In this document: one piece after another, positions 35,930-46,418 of the stretch
How positions within the stretch are numbered: position 1 is the stretch's first letter
How the letters are laid out: every line of letters begins with the position of its first letter
Origin: Dehalococcoidia bacterium
GTDB lineage: Bacteria; Chloroflexota; Dehalococcoidia; Lucifugimonadales; UBA3495
Direction of reading: 5' to 3'
Length of the DNA stretch: 64,000 bases
Assembly: GCA_965207865.1 (NCBI GenBank)
Contig: CBDBNP010000007.1
Coordinates: forward strand, 531,231-595,230
Position numbers and translations under genes: made by a program
The notes under the pieces: generated by a model
Databases searched by the model: none
What the model saw: the letters and a program-made list of their open reading frames with translations, nothing else
Told to the model about the DNA's origin: nothing

Positions 35930-36460
35930 TCAGCGAAGCCGCGATGATGCCGTATAGACGGCGATGGCAAGGAAAAGCAGGCTGAAGATCACGGTGAGAA
36001 AGTTGCCACTGAAGAGATAAATGAATCCTCCGGAAATCAGGTAGGCAACCACCATCGCGCTGCCAGCGATCCAGGCAAGGGTCACGCCTCGTTTTCGATT
36101 GACGGCCCTGCTGATTAGTTCACCAATGGCATAGGCGACCGCCAGGCCAAAAATCGAAGATACCAGGGGCACTCCGCCAAACTGCGAATTCAGTCCCAGC
36201 CAAAGCAGCCCTCCCACCAGCGCGACAACGACCGCCACCCCAACGGCCCTCAACATGAACGCAGGTTGGACGTCGTAGGTCGGCAGACGCTCGGCGCGCC
36301 CACATTCCCGGCAACGAATTCCAACAGGTACCTGCACCATGCACAGAGTGCAGATGCTCTTGCCGCATTGGCTGCAGAATAACCGTGTCTCAGTGTCGGG
36401 ATGCCAGTTGCAGTAACTGGCGTTGGCCTCCTGGCCCGCGCTTCGCGGTTCCGTGGCCAT
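35930..36460 (-). CDS. B-box-type zinc-finger membrane protein
   Basis: The N-terminus CNWHPD...CSQCGKSICTLC...CRECG has 8 Cys/His residues. It is followed by about 4 TM helices. Confidence 0.6.
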   Translation of the reverse strand: MATEPRSAGQEANASYCNWHPDTETRLFCSQCGKSICTLCMVQVPVGIRCRECGRAERLPTYDVQPAFMLRAVGVAVVVALVGGLLWLGLNSQFGGVPLVSSIFGLAVAYAIGELISRAVNRKRGVTLAWIAGSAMVVAYLISGGFIYLFSGNFLTVIFSLLFLAIAVYTASSRLR

Positions 36461-36483
36461 AATCTGCTCCTGTTGGCGGATGG

Positions 36484-37176
36484 TCAGTTGCTCGCTTCGG
36501 GAATTCGTTCAACCCACTTGCTGCGGTCGTCCACATCCCTGTCCCGGAACAGGCGATTGATAAACACCTTTCCTCGCGGCAGATTATCGGGTAAGGGCCC
36601 CCAGTTTGAGGACAGGCGCTTGAGGATCACCACCACCAGCACGCCCAACCAGAACCACGCCATTGTCCCGCCGTCTGCCATTTTAAATTCTGCCGGAATC
36701 ACCAGCGCCAGAAAAGGAAGGGAAACCAGCGTGATCAATGCCCAGACTCCCGCCTCTTTGCTCAGGAGATATCCGCCGAAATAGGTCAACAATGCTATTC
36801 CCAGGATCACAGGTGAGAACGCCAGCAGCGCACCGGCAGCAACTCCGAGGCCCCTGCCTCCCTGCAGTTTGAGGAAGGGAGACCAATTGTTTCCGGCGAG
36901 TACCAGCAGTGGTGGCCCTATCACCCATGGCGAGTTCCAGTCGATACCCGCCACATAAACCGAGAACCAAATGGTGCCTGCTCCCTTTACCAGGCAGTCG
37001 GAAACCATTTGGGGAACAAACCATTTCCTGCCAACGTGCTGGATGACGTTTCCGCCCCCGACGTTTCCGCTCCCATACTGGCGAATGTCGATTCCCTTTG
37101 CCAGTTTACCCAGGAGATAGGCCGTGGGGATGGCACCCAGCAAATAGGCAGCTACGTACAGGGTGACAATTTCCAT
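36484..37176 (-). CDS. plsY: PlsY-family (glycerol-3-phosphate acyltransferase-like) membrane protein
   Basis: AAYLLGAIPTAYLLGKLAKGIDIRQYGSGNVGGGNV matches the PlsY N-terminus and motif 1. The later motif reads GNNWSPFLKLQGGRGLG (His to Asn, Lys to Arg). Confidence 0.7.
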   Translation of the reverse strand: MEIVTLYVAAYLLGAIPTAYLLGKLAKGIDIRQYGSGNVGGGNVIQHVGRKWFVPQMVSDCLVKGAGTIWFSVYVAGIDWNSPWVIGPPLLVLAGNNWSPFLKLQGGRGLGVAAGALLAFSPVILGIALLTYFGGYLLSKEAGVWALITLVSLPFLALVIPAEFKMADGGTMAWFWLGVLVVVILKRLSSNWGPLPDNLPRGKVFINRLFRDRDVDDRSKWVERIPEASN

Positions 37177-37221
37177 CGGCTGCTCGTGTTTAAATTCCTG
37201 AACGTCGCGCGGAGTGTGAAG

Positions 37222-38073
37222 CTATGGAGTGTGGCTGCCCCTGGCAGCCAGCGCCGCGGCCTCAAGTCGATCGACCGATTCCAACGGCGGGCCGTTTTCG
37301 CCCGGAAGGCATTCGTCCGCGTTTCCCAGCCCGTGGTAGTCACTGCCTCCGCAGGGGATGAGATCGTATTCCCGGGCGAGGCGCGCCAGTTGCCGGATGG
37401 TATCATCATGGTACTTGGCGTAGTGGACCTCCATGCCCGCCAGCCCGATCCCGGCCAGGTTGGCGATGCCCGCCTCCATGTCGTTCATGTAGGCTGGATG
37501 AGCCAACACGGCGACCCCGCCGGCGCGCCGGATCATGCCGACGGCCTCGGCTGGCGTCAGTTTGACCCGTTCCACATAAGCCAGGCCGTTGCGGCCCAGG
37601 TATTCAGGGAAGGCGTCCTTCGGTTCCTTGCAGTATCCGGCCTCCACCAGTGCCAGGGCGATATGTGGGCGGCCCACGGCGCCGTCCCCCGCAAAATGTT
37701 GTACGCGCTCCCACTCCACCCGGATTCCCAGTTCCCCCAGCTTCTCCACCATGGCCTTCGCCCGGCCAACACGGCCCTCGCGGAACCTGGCCAACTCCGA
37801 CTGAAGTTCATCGTCGGCGGGGTTTATAAAGTACCCCAGAACGTGGACCTCATCCCCCGGCACGTCAGCGCTCAACTCAATCCCCGGTATAATCCGCAAA
37901 CCCGGGAACTTCTTGGCCGCTTCAAATGCCTCCTCGAGACCGTCCGTGGTGTCGTGGTCGGAAATTGAGACCGTTTTCAGACCCTGGCCCGCCGCCAATT
38001 GCACCAGCTGGGTGGGTGTCAGTCTGCCATCGGAAGCCAGGGTATGAAGATGCAGGTCTACTTCTGCGCTCAT
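37222..38073 (-). CDS. PHP-domain phosphoesterase (TrpH/YciV-like)
   Basis: Contains VDLHLHTLASDG, ISDHDT and GGSDYHG. Confidence 0.8.
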   Translation of the reverse strand: MSAEVDLHLHTLASDGRLTPTQLVQLAAGQGLKTVSISDHDTTDGLEEAFEAAKKFPGLRIIPGIELSADVPGDEVHVLGYFINPADDELQSELARFREGRVGRAKAMVEKLGELGIRVEWERVQHFAGDGAVGRPHIALALVEAGYCKEPKDAFPEYLGRNGLAYVERVKLTPAEAVGMIRRAGGVAVLAHPAYMNDMEAGIANLAGIGLAGMEVHYAKYHDDTIRQLARLAREYDLIPCGGSDYHGLGNADECLPGENGPPLESVDRLEAAALAARGSHTP

Positions 38074-38074
38074 A

Positions 38075-38857
38075 TCAGGTGATCATCCTGTCGACGCGCT
38101 CCAGGTGAATGGAGCGGCCCGTCTGTTCATCAACTTCCACCAGCACCGAGTTCATGGTGCAGGGTCCCTTGGCGACCTCCAGCCTCTGGGGCATGGAGGT
38201 GAGGAAACGGTCCAGCACCGCCCGGGTGTCACTGCCGATCACCGAGTCCACCGGACCGGTCATTCCGACATCCGTCAAGTAGGCAGTACCCTCCGGCAGA
38301 ATGCGGGCATCGATTGTGCCCACGTGGGTGTGGGTGCCGAAGACGCCGCTTACCCGCCCGTCCAGGTACCAGCCCATGGCCTGCTTCTCGGACGTTGCCT
38401 CGGCGTGAAAATCAACCACGATCATGGGCGTATCGTGCTCCTCCTGCAACTCCTCCAGCAGACGGTCGGCGGTGCGGAATGGGCAGTCCAGCTGTGTCAT
38501 GAACACCCGCCCCATCAGGTTGACCACGGCCACTCCCTTTCGCTCAATGACACCCACGCCGGGAGCGCTGGGATAATTGGCGGGGCGAACGACCGGAAGA
38601 CCTTCTCCCGCCACGTCATCCAGGTAGGGAATGAATTCCTTCTTGTCCCAGATGTGATTCCCCGACGTGAGGACATCAACGCCTGAGTCGAGCAGTTCCG
38701 AGGCGGTATCCATGGTCAGGCCGAAGCCTCCGGCCGCGTTTTCGCCGTTGGCAATAACCAGGTCAATGTTCTTTTCGGTGCGCAGGTCAGGAAGAATCCG
38801 GCGCACGGCCTCTCGGCCCGGCTTCCCGATCACGTCGCCGATCATCAAAATTCGCAA
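38075..38857 (-). CDS. ymdB: YmdB-like metallophosphoesterase (TIGR00282 family)
   Basis: MRILMIGDVIGKPGR...ANGENAAGGFGLT and HAEATSEK. Lies downstream of rny, as in Bacillus. Confidence 0.85.
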   Translation of the reverse strand: MRILMIGDVIGKPGREAVRRILPDLRTEKNIDLVIANGENAAGGFGLTMDTASELLDSGVDVLTSGNHIWDKKEFIPYLDDVAGEGLPVVRPANYPSAPGVGVIERKGVAVVNLMGRVFMTQLDCPFRTADRLLEELQEEHDTPMIVVDFHAEATSEKQAMGWYLDGRVSGVFGTHTHVGTIDARILPEGTAYLTDVGMTGPVDSVIGSDTRAVLDRFLTSMPQRLEVAKGPCTMNSVLVEVDEQTGRSIHLERVDRMIT

Positions 38858-38913
38858 TGGCTGCGTTTCCTTTTCATAGGTTGACTCGGGTTGATCTCGA
38901 ATCTTCAGTGCGG

Positions 38914-38960
38914 AAAAAAGGACTCAGCAGCCGGGCAGATCCCGCTCCTGAGTCCTTTTG
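38914..38960 (-). terminator. strong hairpin terminator/attenuator between rny and ymdB
   Basis: A 9-bp stem (AGGACTCAG / CTGAGTCCT) with an A6 run on the plus-strand side, which is T6 after the hairpin on the minus strand. Confidence 0.7.
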
Positions 38961-39059
38961 TGTTTCCCGGTTGACCCAGAGCCCGCCGGGCGGAGCGGCA
39001 GGCCGGTCCTGAGTAAGTCTTTCCTTAGGCTGGTTGCCTTAAGGCTTCAGCCCATGCTC

Positions 39060-40589
39060 CTAGCGGGCAAATTCTACGCTGCGGGTTTCCCGTATGACAG
39101 TAACTTTAATCTGGCCTGGGAAGACGAGATCCTCTTCCACCTTGCGGGCAATGTCCCGCGCCAGAGACGCGGCCTTCACGTCGTCCATGTCTTCCGGTTT
39201 GACCATAACCCGCACCTCCCGACCCGCCTGGATGGCGAAGGTGCGTTCGACACCCTCGAATCCGGCAGCCACCCCTTCAAGGTCCCGGAGGCGCTTGACG
39301 TATTGTTCCAGCGACTCCTTTCGGGCCCCGGGCCGGGCGGCGCTGATGGCGTCGGCTGCGGCCACGAGGAACGACTCCACGGTCTCGTGCTCATCCCAGT
39401 GGTGCTCGAGTATACCCCGGTATGAGCTGTGGTTGATGCCGTGCCTCTTTGCGATTTCCGCGCCGATCTCCGCGTGGGGACCGGATACCTCGTGGGTGAG
39501 GGCCTTGCCGATGTCGTGCAGTAGGCCGCCTACCTTGGCAACCTGCACGTTGGCCCCCGACTCAGCGGCCAACATGCCGGCCAGGAGACCCACTTCCACT
39601 GAGTGTTGCAGCACGTTTTCGCCGTAGCTGTAACGATACTTCAACTGTCCCAGCAGCCGGACCAGTTCGCGGTCGAGCCCACTGACTCCGACTTCGAAGG
39701 TGGCCTCTTCCCCGGCCTTCATGATTGTTTGATCAATCTCGTGTTGGGCCCGGTTCACCATGTCCTCAATACGGGCAGGCTGGATGCGCCCGTCGGAGAC
39801 AAGCTTTTCCAGGGCCAGTCGTGCGATTTCCCGTCGAACCGGGTCAAAGCACGAAACGGTAACAGCCTCCGGAGTGTCGTCGATGATTACGTCAACTCCA
39901 GTCAGCGATTCCAGGGTCCTGATATTGCGTCCTTCGCGGCCGATGAGACGTCCCTTCATCTCATCATTGGGCAGGGATACCACGGAAGTAGTGCTTTCGG
40001 AGACGACGTCGGAGGCGAGCCTGTTGATAGCGACCGCAATGATTTTGCGGGCGTTCTCATCTGCTCTGTCCTTGTAATCCCGCTCCAGCTCGTAGTAGCG
40101 ACGCATCAAATCGTGCTGGGCGTCCTCCTCACCTCGCCTTACAATGGCCTCACGGGCCTCGTCGACGGTGAGGTTGGCAATCCTTTCCAGCGCTTTCGTC
40201 TGCTCCGCTCTGAGTTCCTCTACTTCTTTCCGAGACTCCTCGATTTTAGATTCCCTGTCGGCAAGTTCAACCTGCCGGTTGTCCTGCGCCTCGATCTTGC
40301 GTTCCAGTTGCTCTTCCCGCTGCACATGCCTGTCTTCCAGGCGGGTGAGCTCCCGGCGTTGCTCCTTGATTTCCGCTTCGGCCTCGTTCCGGAGTTTCAG
40401 GGTCTCTTCCTGGGCCGCCAGTAGAATGACCCTGCTTTCCTCTTTGGCTTGAGCGGTAAGGTCCCCAGCAGTCTCGTTGGCTGTCGCCAGCCGCGACGCC
40501 TGTACTCTCTGCCGGAACACCAGCCAAGTTGCTATCCCTAACCCTAGGGCCGCAAGGACGGCGAGAACAGCGATGATAACGGTAGTCAT
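39060..40589 (-). CDS. rny: ribonuclease Y
   Basis: N-terminal TM helix, a long coiled coil, a KH domain (GRLIGREGRNIRTLE) and an HD domain (HSVEV...LLHDIGK). Confidence 0.95.
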   Translation of the reverse strand: MTTVIIAVLAVLAALGLGIATWLVFRQRVQASRLATANETAGDLTAQAKEESRVILLAAQEETLKLRNEAEAEIKEQRRELTRLEDRHVQREEQLERKIEAQDNRQVELADRESKIEESRKEVEELRAEQTKALERIANLTVDEAREAIVRRGEEDAQHDLMRRYYELERDYKDRADENARKIIAVAINRLASDVVSESTTSVVSLPNDEMKGRLIGREGRNIRTLESLTGVDVIIDDTPEAVTVSCFDPVRREIARLALEKLVSDGRIQPARIEDMVNRAQHEIDQTIMKAGEEATFEVGVSGLDRELVRLLGQLKYRYSYGENVLQHSVEVGLLAGMLAAESGANVQVAKVGGLLHDIGKALTHEVSGPHAEIGAEIAKRHGINHSSYRGILEHHWDEHETVESFLVAAADAISAARPGARKESLEQYVKRLRDLEGVAAGFEGVERTFAIQAGREVRVMVKPEDMDDVKAASLARDIARKVEEDLVFPGQIKVTVIRETRSVEFAR

Positions 40590-40755
40590 ACCACCTTCCC
40601 TTTCCGCCTGTTACGCCCAAAATAGAGCAATACCTTTTTCGGTCATTGGACTTTGCTCCTATTGTGCATCGTAACCAGCGACCCTCAAAGTGTCAAGAAT
40701 GGGCACCCCGCATGCGTTACGAAAACCGTCCCTTACTTAGCAATAATCCGTCGCT

Positions 40756-40785
40756 ATTGAGCGCTAGCGCATGCTCAATTACAAT
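40756..40785 (+). promoter_or_regulatory. dnaJ promoter with an overlapping HAIR-like inverted repeat
   Basis: ATTGAGC (40756-62), N10, GCTCAAT (40773-79). TTGAGC would serve as the -35 element, then a 17-bp spacer, then TACAAT (40780-85) as the -10 element. Confidence 0.5.
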
Positions 40786-40846
40786 GGTCAAGACTGTGTC
40801 TCACGGTCGCTCACCTATACTGCCCAATGTTACTGAGTGATTGATA

Positions 40847-42076
40847 ATGGCCGACCAGGACTACTATGCGTTGCTGGGCGTTTCCCGCAACGCCAGTGAA
40901 GAAGAAGTACGCCGGGCCTTCCGAAGGAAGGCCATGGAGTACCACCCGGACAGAAACAAGAACCCGGACGCAGAGGAAAAATTCAAGGAGATCAACGAGG
41001 CCTACCAGGTCCTTTCCGATTCAAAGAAACGCGGCCAATACGACCGCTTCGGCAAAGCCGGAGTGAACGGCGGCGCACAAGGCGCGGGCAGTCCATTCGA
41101 CGGCTTTGAGGGTTTCGGCGGGTTCGGCGACATATTCGATTCATTCTTTGGCGGAGCCTCCACTCGCGCAGCTCGGCAGCCACGGCGTGGCGGGGACCTG
41201 CAGCAACAGGTCATGTTGAGCTTCGAGGAATCCATTTTCGGGGCCAGCCGAGAGATCGAGATCAACCGTCTGGAAATGTGCCACCACTGTTCCGGAGCGT
41301 GCAACGAACCGGGCACCTCGGTGGACACGTGCGCTGACTGCCGCGGCAGCGGCCAGGTGCGTCGCTCTCAGCGCAGCGTGTTCGGACAGTTCACGCAGGT
41401 TGCGCCCTGCCACGGCTGCAGAGGACGCGGAAGCATCATCAATTCGCCGTGCAGCGTCTGCCGCGGGGCCGGGCGGGAGCGCCGCAAACGCAAGATCGAG
41501 GTCAAGATCCCCGGCGGCATCGATCACGGCATGCAGGTGCGAATCAATGGCGAGGGCGATGTCGGAAGCGACGGAGGAGGTTCCGGCAACCTGTATGTCG
41601 GCGTTAACGTGCAGGAGCACAATATGTTCCAGCGGGATGGTACCGACATCGTTTACACCCTTCCTTTGAATATTGCCGAGGCAGCCCTGGGAGTCGACAA
41701 GCTCATCCCCACGGTGGATGGTTTCGAGGAGGATCTGAAATTGCCCCAGGGCACCCAGCCGGGCACGGAGTTCCGCATCCGCAACCGCGGCGTTCCGCAC
41801 CTTCACTCCAACCGTCGCGGCGACATGCGGGTGTACGCCGACGTGCGCATCCCCACATCCCTCTCCAGTCACCAGAAAGAGTTGATGGAAGAACTGGCGC
41901 TCTCGCTCAATGGAGGGGGACCGTCGAAGAGCGGGCGCAAGAAGAAGTCGAGCCGCTCCAGTAAGAAAAGCTCGAAGGGCCCCAGCAAGGCCGAGCAGGA
42001 ACCGGAGCAGAAACCGGAAGAGGACGCGGACGGCGACGAAAAAGGCCTGTTTGATCGAATCAAGGACGCCTTTTAG
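40847..42076 (+). CDS. dnaJ: molecular chaperone DnaJ
   Basis: J domain (DYYALLGV...HPDRN), a G/F region and four CxxCxGxG zinc-finger motifs. The ORF track starts at TTG 40841; ATG 40847 was preferred. Confidence 0.95.
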   Translation: MADQDYYALLGVSRNASEEEVRRAFRRKAMEYHPDRNKNPDAEEKFKEINEAYQVLSDSKKRGQYDRFGKAGVNGGAQGAGSPFDGFEGFGGFGDIFDSFFGGASTRAARQPRRGGDLQQQVMLSFEESIFGASREIEINRLEMCHHCSGACNEPGTSVDTCADCRGSGQVRRSQRSVFGQFTQVAPCHGCRGRGSIINSPCSVCRGAGRERRKRKIEVKIPGGIDHGMQVRINGEGDVGSDGGGSGNLYVGVNVQEHNMFQRDGTDIVYTLPLNIAEAALGVDKLIPTVDGFEEDLKLPQGTQPGTEFRIRNRGVPHLHSNRRGDMRVYADVRIPTSLSSHQKELMEELALSLNGGGPSKSGRKKKSSRSSKKSSKGPSKAEQEPEQKPEEDADGDEKGLFDRIKDAF

Positions 42077-42174
42077 CCACGCCTGCCCTGGACTTCTGTC
42101 CGCATACCGAACGCACCGACGTATCTCTGAGCCCGTCGCCACCATCATTTCCGGCATATTGCCTTGGAGTCCCA

Positions 42175-43047
42175 ATGCCCTGGCAAGAACTCAGCATCTC
42201 CGTCCCCCACGAATATGTCGAGCCTGTCTCCTACCTTTTCGGGCGTTACGGAAGGGGTCTCAGCACAGAGCCCCAGGGTGCCGGGCGAGTGCTGTTGCGG
42301 ACCTACCTGGAGTCGGCATCCAGGGAACGGCTTGCGCGTATCGACGTAGGAATCCGGCTCATCAGTTCGGTGGGAGAGCTCGGAGAGCTGGTTGCCCGGG
42401 ACCTGGACGACGACGAAGACTGGCAGAATAGCTGGAAGCAGCACTACGCGGCGCTCCCTGTCGGCGAGCAGCTGATCATCAAGCCATCGTGGGTCGACCT
42501 GGAGCCCGGTGAGGCCCAGGGAAGGGTTGTCATTGACCTTGATCCCGGCATCGCCTTCGGCACCGGATACCATCCCACCACCTACACCTGCATGGAGGCG
42601 TTGGAGGAACTGGTGGAGCCGGACATGCGCGTTCTTGATCTGGGGACGGGCTCAGGTATTCTCACCATCACCGCCCTGAAACTGTCGGCTGGGTCGGCGG
42701 TGGCGCTGGACATCGATGGCCAGGCCGTCACTGCCGCGCGCGGAAATTTCAGGCGCCTGCGTCTCCAGGACCGGGTTACCCTGGCCAAGGGTTCCGTGCC
42801 CCACCCCGCCGCCGCGGATGGCACCATCGACCTGGCGGTGGCGAACATCTCGGCTCGCGGCGTGGCCGACCGGTCTCCGTTCCTGCTAAAAGCGCTGAAA
42901 CCGGGTTCCATGCTCGTTGCCTCAGGCCTGCTGGCCACCCAGAGGCCCGAGGTGGAGGATGCACTGCTGGCACTTGGTTTCATCCCCGATATGGAGTGGC
43001 CCCGGGATGAATGGGTGACCCTGGGATACCGGGCTCCATGCATCTGA
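42175..43047 (+). CDS. prmA: ribosomal protein L11 methyltransferase
   Basis: 290 aa. Contains PGIAFGTGYHPTT and the SAM motif VLDLGTGSGILTI. The dnaJ-prmA linkage is common. Confidence 0.9.
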   Translation: MPWQELSISVPHEYVEPVSYLFGRYGRGLSTEPQGAGRVLLRTYLESASRERLARIDVGIRLISSVGELGELVARDLDDDEDWQNSWKQHYAALPVGEQLIIKPSWVDLEPGEAQGRVVIDLDPGIAFGTGYHPTTYTCMEALEELVEPDMRVLDLGTGSGILTITALKLSAGSAVALDIDGQAVTAARGNFRRLRLQDRVTLAKGSVPHPAAADGTIDLAVANISARGVADRSPFLLKALKPGSMLVASGLLATQRPEVEDALLALGFIPDMEWPRDEWVTLGYRAPCI

Positions 43048-43227
43048 AGTTGGAGTTGAATGCGGCGCCCTGTGGCTTGGGCCGGCGTCCCGCTCAAGTT
43101 GCAAATGTCCAGACAGCGTCGTAACATCTTGCTCGGTTTGTACCGTATTTCGTAGCCTGTTCGAGCGCCGGTTCGCCTTAGGGATCTGGCAGCAGGCTGA
43201 TATACGGCGGTCGGGAGGCCGCTTTTC

Positions 43228-44244
43228 GTGGAAAAGGTAGACCTTCAGCGCTATGAAATTACCGGCCGCCTCGGTTCCGGCGCGGACTATGATGTGCGGG
43301 CCGCCATCGACCACGAGACGGGCGCGGAAGTGGCGTTGAAGCGTCCCGTACCCCAGGCGGTTAGCAGGAAGCAGCATGGCGCTATCGAGGCCCGTACGGA
43401 GCGCCTCCTGATGGCCTACGATCTCGCCGGAGACGCCGATGGGCTCTTGGCGCCGATCCTGGGTTACACGGATTCCGCCGTCCACGACGAATTCTATGGC
43501 GACGACCTGGCAGAGCCATACACGGTCTTCGTGCAGGGAAGGGCCGCCGGGATACCTCTCCTTGGCGATATGATGTCCCGCATTACCGGCGTCCCCATCG
43601 GAGCGGGCCAGAATCTCTTTGCCGTGTATCCCCTGGTCCATGCGGACGACAATCGCCCTTTTCCGGTGCATAACCAGCTCATAGACCTGGAACAGCATTA
43701 CCTCAGTGCCGGCTTCATCGTGATGGATCTCAGGCCCCAGAACGTTTTCTATCAGCCGGGAACGGGTGGCGTGCAGGTCATCGACACCGGCGCCCTCGCC
43801 GGGATCGACGATCCGGCTCCCAGGGGACGGCCCCCACTGGACGTGAATGATGCATGCCTCGAACTGCTCAAGTTCTACACCACACCCAATGAGCCACCCC
43901 TCGACGCCTCCGGATATCGTGATGCCCACGGAGTAAGGCCCGTGGTCAACGTGCAGCAGGAATTGAACGAAGTCCGCAGGGGCCTGCTGGGCGCCGGTGA
44001 CGAGGTGGCAGCCGCCGCCAATTCGATACTGGACAAGATCGACGCACGGTCATATACGGATTTCGAACAGTTCCGCACCGACCTGGCAGCCTACCTCGCA
44101 GCCCTGCAGGACAGGAACAGAGGCGTTGCCGACTGGGATGGGGCCCTGGTGGCCTGGCGGGAGGCACTGGACTGGTTGCGCGGCGCTTACTGGACCCGCT
44201 TCATATTCGATGCCGATACCGAGTTGGCCGCATACTCCCGATAA
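43228..44244 (+). CDS. atypical protein-kinase-like protein with a C-terminal helical domain
   Basis: GTG start with a GGGAGG RBS. G-loop-like GRLGSGADYDV, VALKRP (VAIK Lys), a catalytic-loop-like VMDLRPQN and VIDTG in place of DFG. No recognisable activation segment. Confidence 0.6.
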   Translation: MEKVDLQRYEITGRLGSGADYDVRAAIDHETGAEVALKRPVPQAVSRKQHGAIEARTERLLMAYDLAGDADGLLAPILGYTDSAVHDEFYGDDLAEPYTVFVQGRAAGIPLLGDMMSRITGVPIGAGQNLFAVYPLVHADDNRPFPVHNQLIDLEQHYLSAGFIVMDLRPQNVFYQPGTGGVQVIDTGALAGIDDPAPRGRPPLDVNDACLELLKFYTTPNEPPLDASGYRDAHGVRPVVNVQQELNEVRRGLLGAGDEVAAAANSILDKIDARSYTDFEQFRTDLAAYLAALQDRNRGVADWDGALVAWREALDWLRGAYWTRFIFDADTELAAYSR

Positions 44245-44327
44245 TCGACCGGCGTCAGTTAAAATAGTAGCCAATTATTCCCTGGCCAGAGGGAAAATCC
44301 TACAGGAGACAAACAGAGGGTACCGCA

Positions 44328-45005
44328 ATGGTTGCCAGCACTTATTCGACGCTGCAGGACAATTCAGCTCACGGCGAGGACAGTCTGCTGACCCGCGACC
44401 TTGGTAACGGGGACTTCCTGGATGTGGTCATGGACGGGGTCACCGGCCACGGCGGCGCCGAAGCCAGCCGTGAACTGAGGGAAGCACTGGAGCAGAGTCC
44501 TACAGGCAATATCGATGAGGTCTCCACCACCATTACGGACGTCAACCGGGATTTTTTTGACGTCGGAGCCGGGCGCTTCCTGCTGACCACGGTTTCTGTC
44601 GCCCTGTACCGGGGCGGGCGTCTGTACGTTGCTGCCGCCGGGGACAGCCCCATCTTGCTCGTCACCCCTGACTCCCATGAAAGACTCTGTGGGCGCCTGG
44701 GAGGGTTCCTCCATGTTGGAGTGGCTCGTGCCGTCGGCGCTGCCGCTGAATTGGGTCAGATGGTACAAAAAGACGTTACCATCGAGCCCGGAGTCAAGCT
44801 CGTCCTCGCTACCGATGGCGTTACCGACAACATGGACGTCGACGAGTTGGCGGACATAGTCAGGACTTCATCCACTCCCGAGGAGGCCGCCGGGCGCATC
44901 GAGGAAATCATCGCGGGGCGCCTGGTCGAGGGCCGCGTGCCTGAAAAACTGGGAGTCAGGTTTCGCCGCGACGACCGAACGGCCATCATCCGGTTTTTCC
45001 AGTAA
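44328..45005 (+). CDS. PP2C-family Ser/Thr phosphatase
   Basis: Contains GEDS, MDGVTGHGG, AGDSPILL, ATDGVTDNM and DDRTAII, which is the PP2C metal-binding motif set. Confidence 0.75.
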   Translation: MVASTYSTLQDNSAHGEDSLLTRDLGNGDFLDVVMDGVTGHGGAEASRELREALEQSPTGNIDEVSTTITDVNRDFFDVGAGRFLLTTVSVALYRGGRLYVAAAGDSPILLVTPDSHERLCGRLGGFLHVGVARAVGAAAELGQMVQKDVTIEPGVKLVLATDGVTDNMDVDELADIVRTSSTPEEAAGRIEEIIAGRLVEGRVPEKLGVRFRRDDRTAIIRFFQ

Positions 45006-45246
45006 TTGCCCTTCGACAGGCGTGCGGGGGTGGCTCCAATCGGCCGGGCCTGTGCAAACTGAGAGTAGGGATTTGGACTACAACTTGTTAGCAAGGGCCG
45101 CTGATTGATAAAATCGAGCGCTGTAGACTCACGCCATCGGGCGTCCTGAGCCCAATTCGTTGCGGTGCGCGCGGAGGACGGGCAGGCCGGACGCAGACTT
45201 ACGAGTGTCCGGACAGACACAATAGCCGTCGCAAAGGAGCCACTAA

Positions 45247-46362
45247 GTGGGCAAAATCAACGTAGCCATCATTGGCGTGGGGAACTGCGCCTCATCCCTG
45301 GTACAGGGCCTTCACAGGTACGTGGAGATTCCGCCCGATGACGCGGTTTCCGGCGTGATGCACAACACCATCGGCGGCTATCGCATCGAGGACATTGAAG
45401 TCGTTGCGGCCTTCGACATCGACGAGAACAAGGTCGGCAAGGACCTTTCAGAGGCCATTTTTACCGAGCCTAACAATACCCTGAAGTTCGCCGAGGTACC
45501 CGAGACCGGCGTCAAGGTCGACCGGGGAATGACCCATGATGGCATCGGCCGGTACGTCTCTCACCTGGTCAGGAAGTCACCTCACTCCACGTCCGACATT
45601 ACGGGTATCCTCCGCGACCGCGAAGTGGACGTGGTGATCAACTACCTGCCCGTCGGCAGCGAGCAGGCCACCAAGTGGTACGTGGAGCACATCCTCAACG
45701 CCCGCTGCGCCATGGTGAACTGCATCCCGGTGTTCCTGGCCCGCGAGGAATACTGGCGCAATCGGTTCGAAGAGCGCGGCGTTCCCATTATCGGCGACGA
45801 CATCAAGTCGCAGCTGGGAGCCACCATCACACACCGCGTACTCACCCGCCTGTTCGAGGACCGCGGTGTCACCCTCGACCACACCTACCAGCTGAATTTC
45901 GGCGGCAACACCGACTTCCTCAACATGCTGGAGCGTGAGCGTCTCACATCCAAGAAGATATCCAAGACCTCGGCGGTCACCTCCCAGCTGGACGAGGAAA
46001 TCGATCCCGACAGTATCCATGTCGGCCCCAGCGACCACGTTCCCTGGCTCAAGGACCGGAAGTGGTGCTACATCCGCATGGAGGGGAGGATCTTCGGCGG
46101 GGCTCCCATCAGCCTGGAGGCCAAGCTGGAGGTATGGGACAGCCCCAACTCCGCCGGCGTGGTGGTCGATGCTATCCGTTGCGCCAAGCTGGCCATGGAC
46201 CGGGGTGAGGGCGGTGCCGTCGTGGGGCCCAGCTCCTACTTTATGAAGTCTCCGCCCATCCAGTACACGGACGACGCAGCCCGGGATCTTACGGATTCCT
46301 TCATAGCCGGAGACGGGAACCGGCAGAGAACTCCTCAAACGGTGGAGGAGCCGTCGGGTTAG
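45247..46362 (+). CDS. ino1: inositol-3-phosphate synthase (myo-inositol-1-phosphate synthase)
   Basis: GTG start with an [26 protein letters not shown] (NAD fold) and overall resemblance to the bacterial/archaeal short MIPS. Confidence 0.88.
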   Translation: MGKINVAIIGVGNCASSLVQGLHRYVEIPPDDAVSGVMHNTIGGYRIEDIEVVAAFDIDENKVGKDLSEAIFTEPNNTLKFAEVPETGVKVDRGMTHDGIGRYVSHLVRKSPHSTSDITGILRDREVDVVINYLPVGSEQATKWYVEHILNARCAMVNCIPVFLAREEYWRNRFEERGVPIIGDDIKSQLGATITHRVLTRLFEDRGVTLDHTYQLNFGGNTDFLNMLERERLTSKKISKTSAVTSQLDEEIDPDSIHVGPSDHVPWLKDRKWCYIRMEGRIFGGAPISLEAKLEVWDSPNSAGVVVDAIRCAKLAMDRGEGGAVVGPSSYFMKSPPIQYTDDAARDLTDSFIAGDGNRQRTPQTVEEPSG

Positions 46363-46418
46363 AGCAGAACAGGGATGCCCCGGACACCCGTATCAAAGCG
46401 GGGCCGGGAGGTGTGCCA

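Noticed and set aside
45006-45246. 240-bp upstream region of ino1 considered as a riboswitch or leader.
   Set aside because: Some GC-rich pairing is possible, but there is no recognisable riboswitch core or terminator/antiterminator pair. The evidence is insufficient without covariation data.
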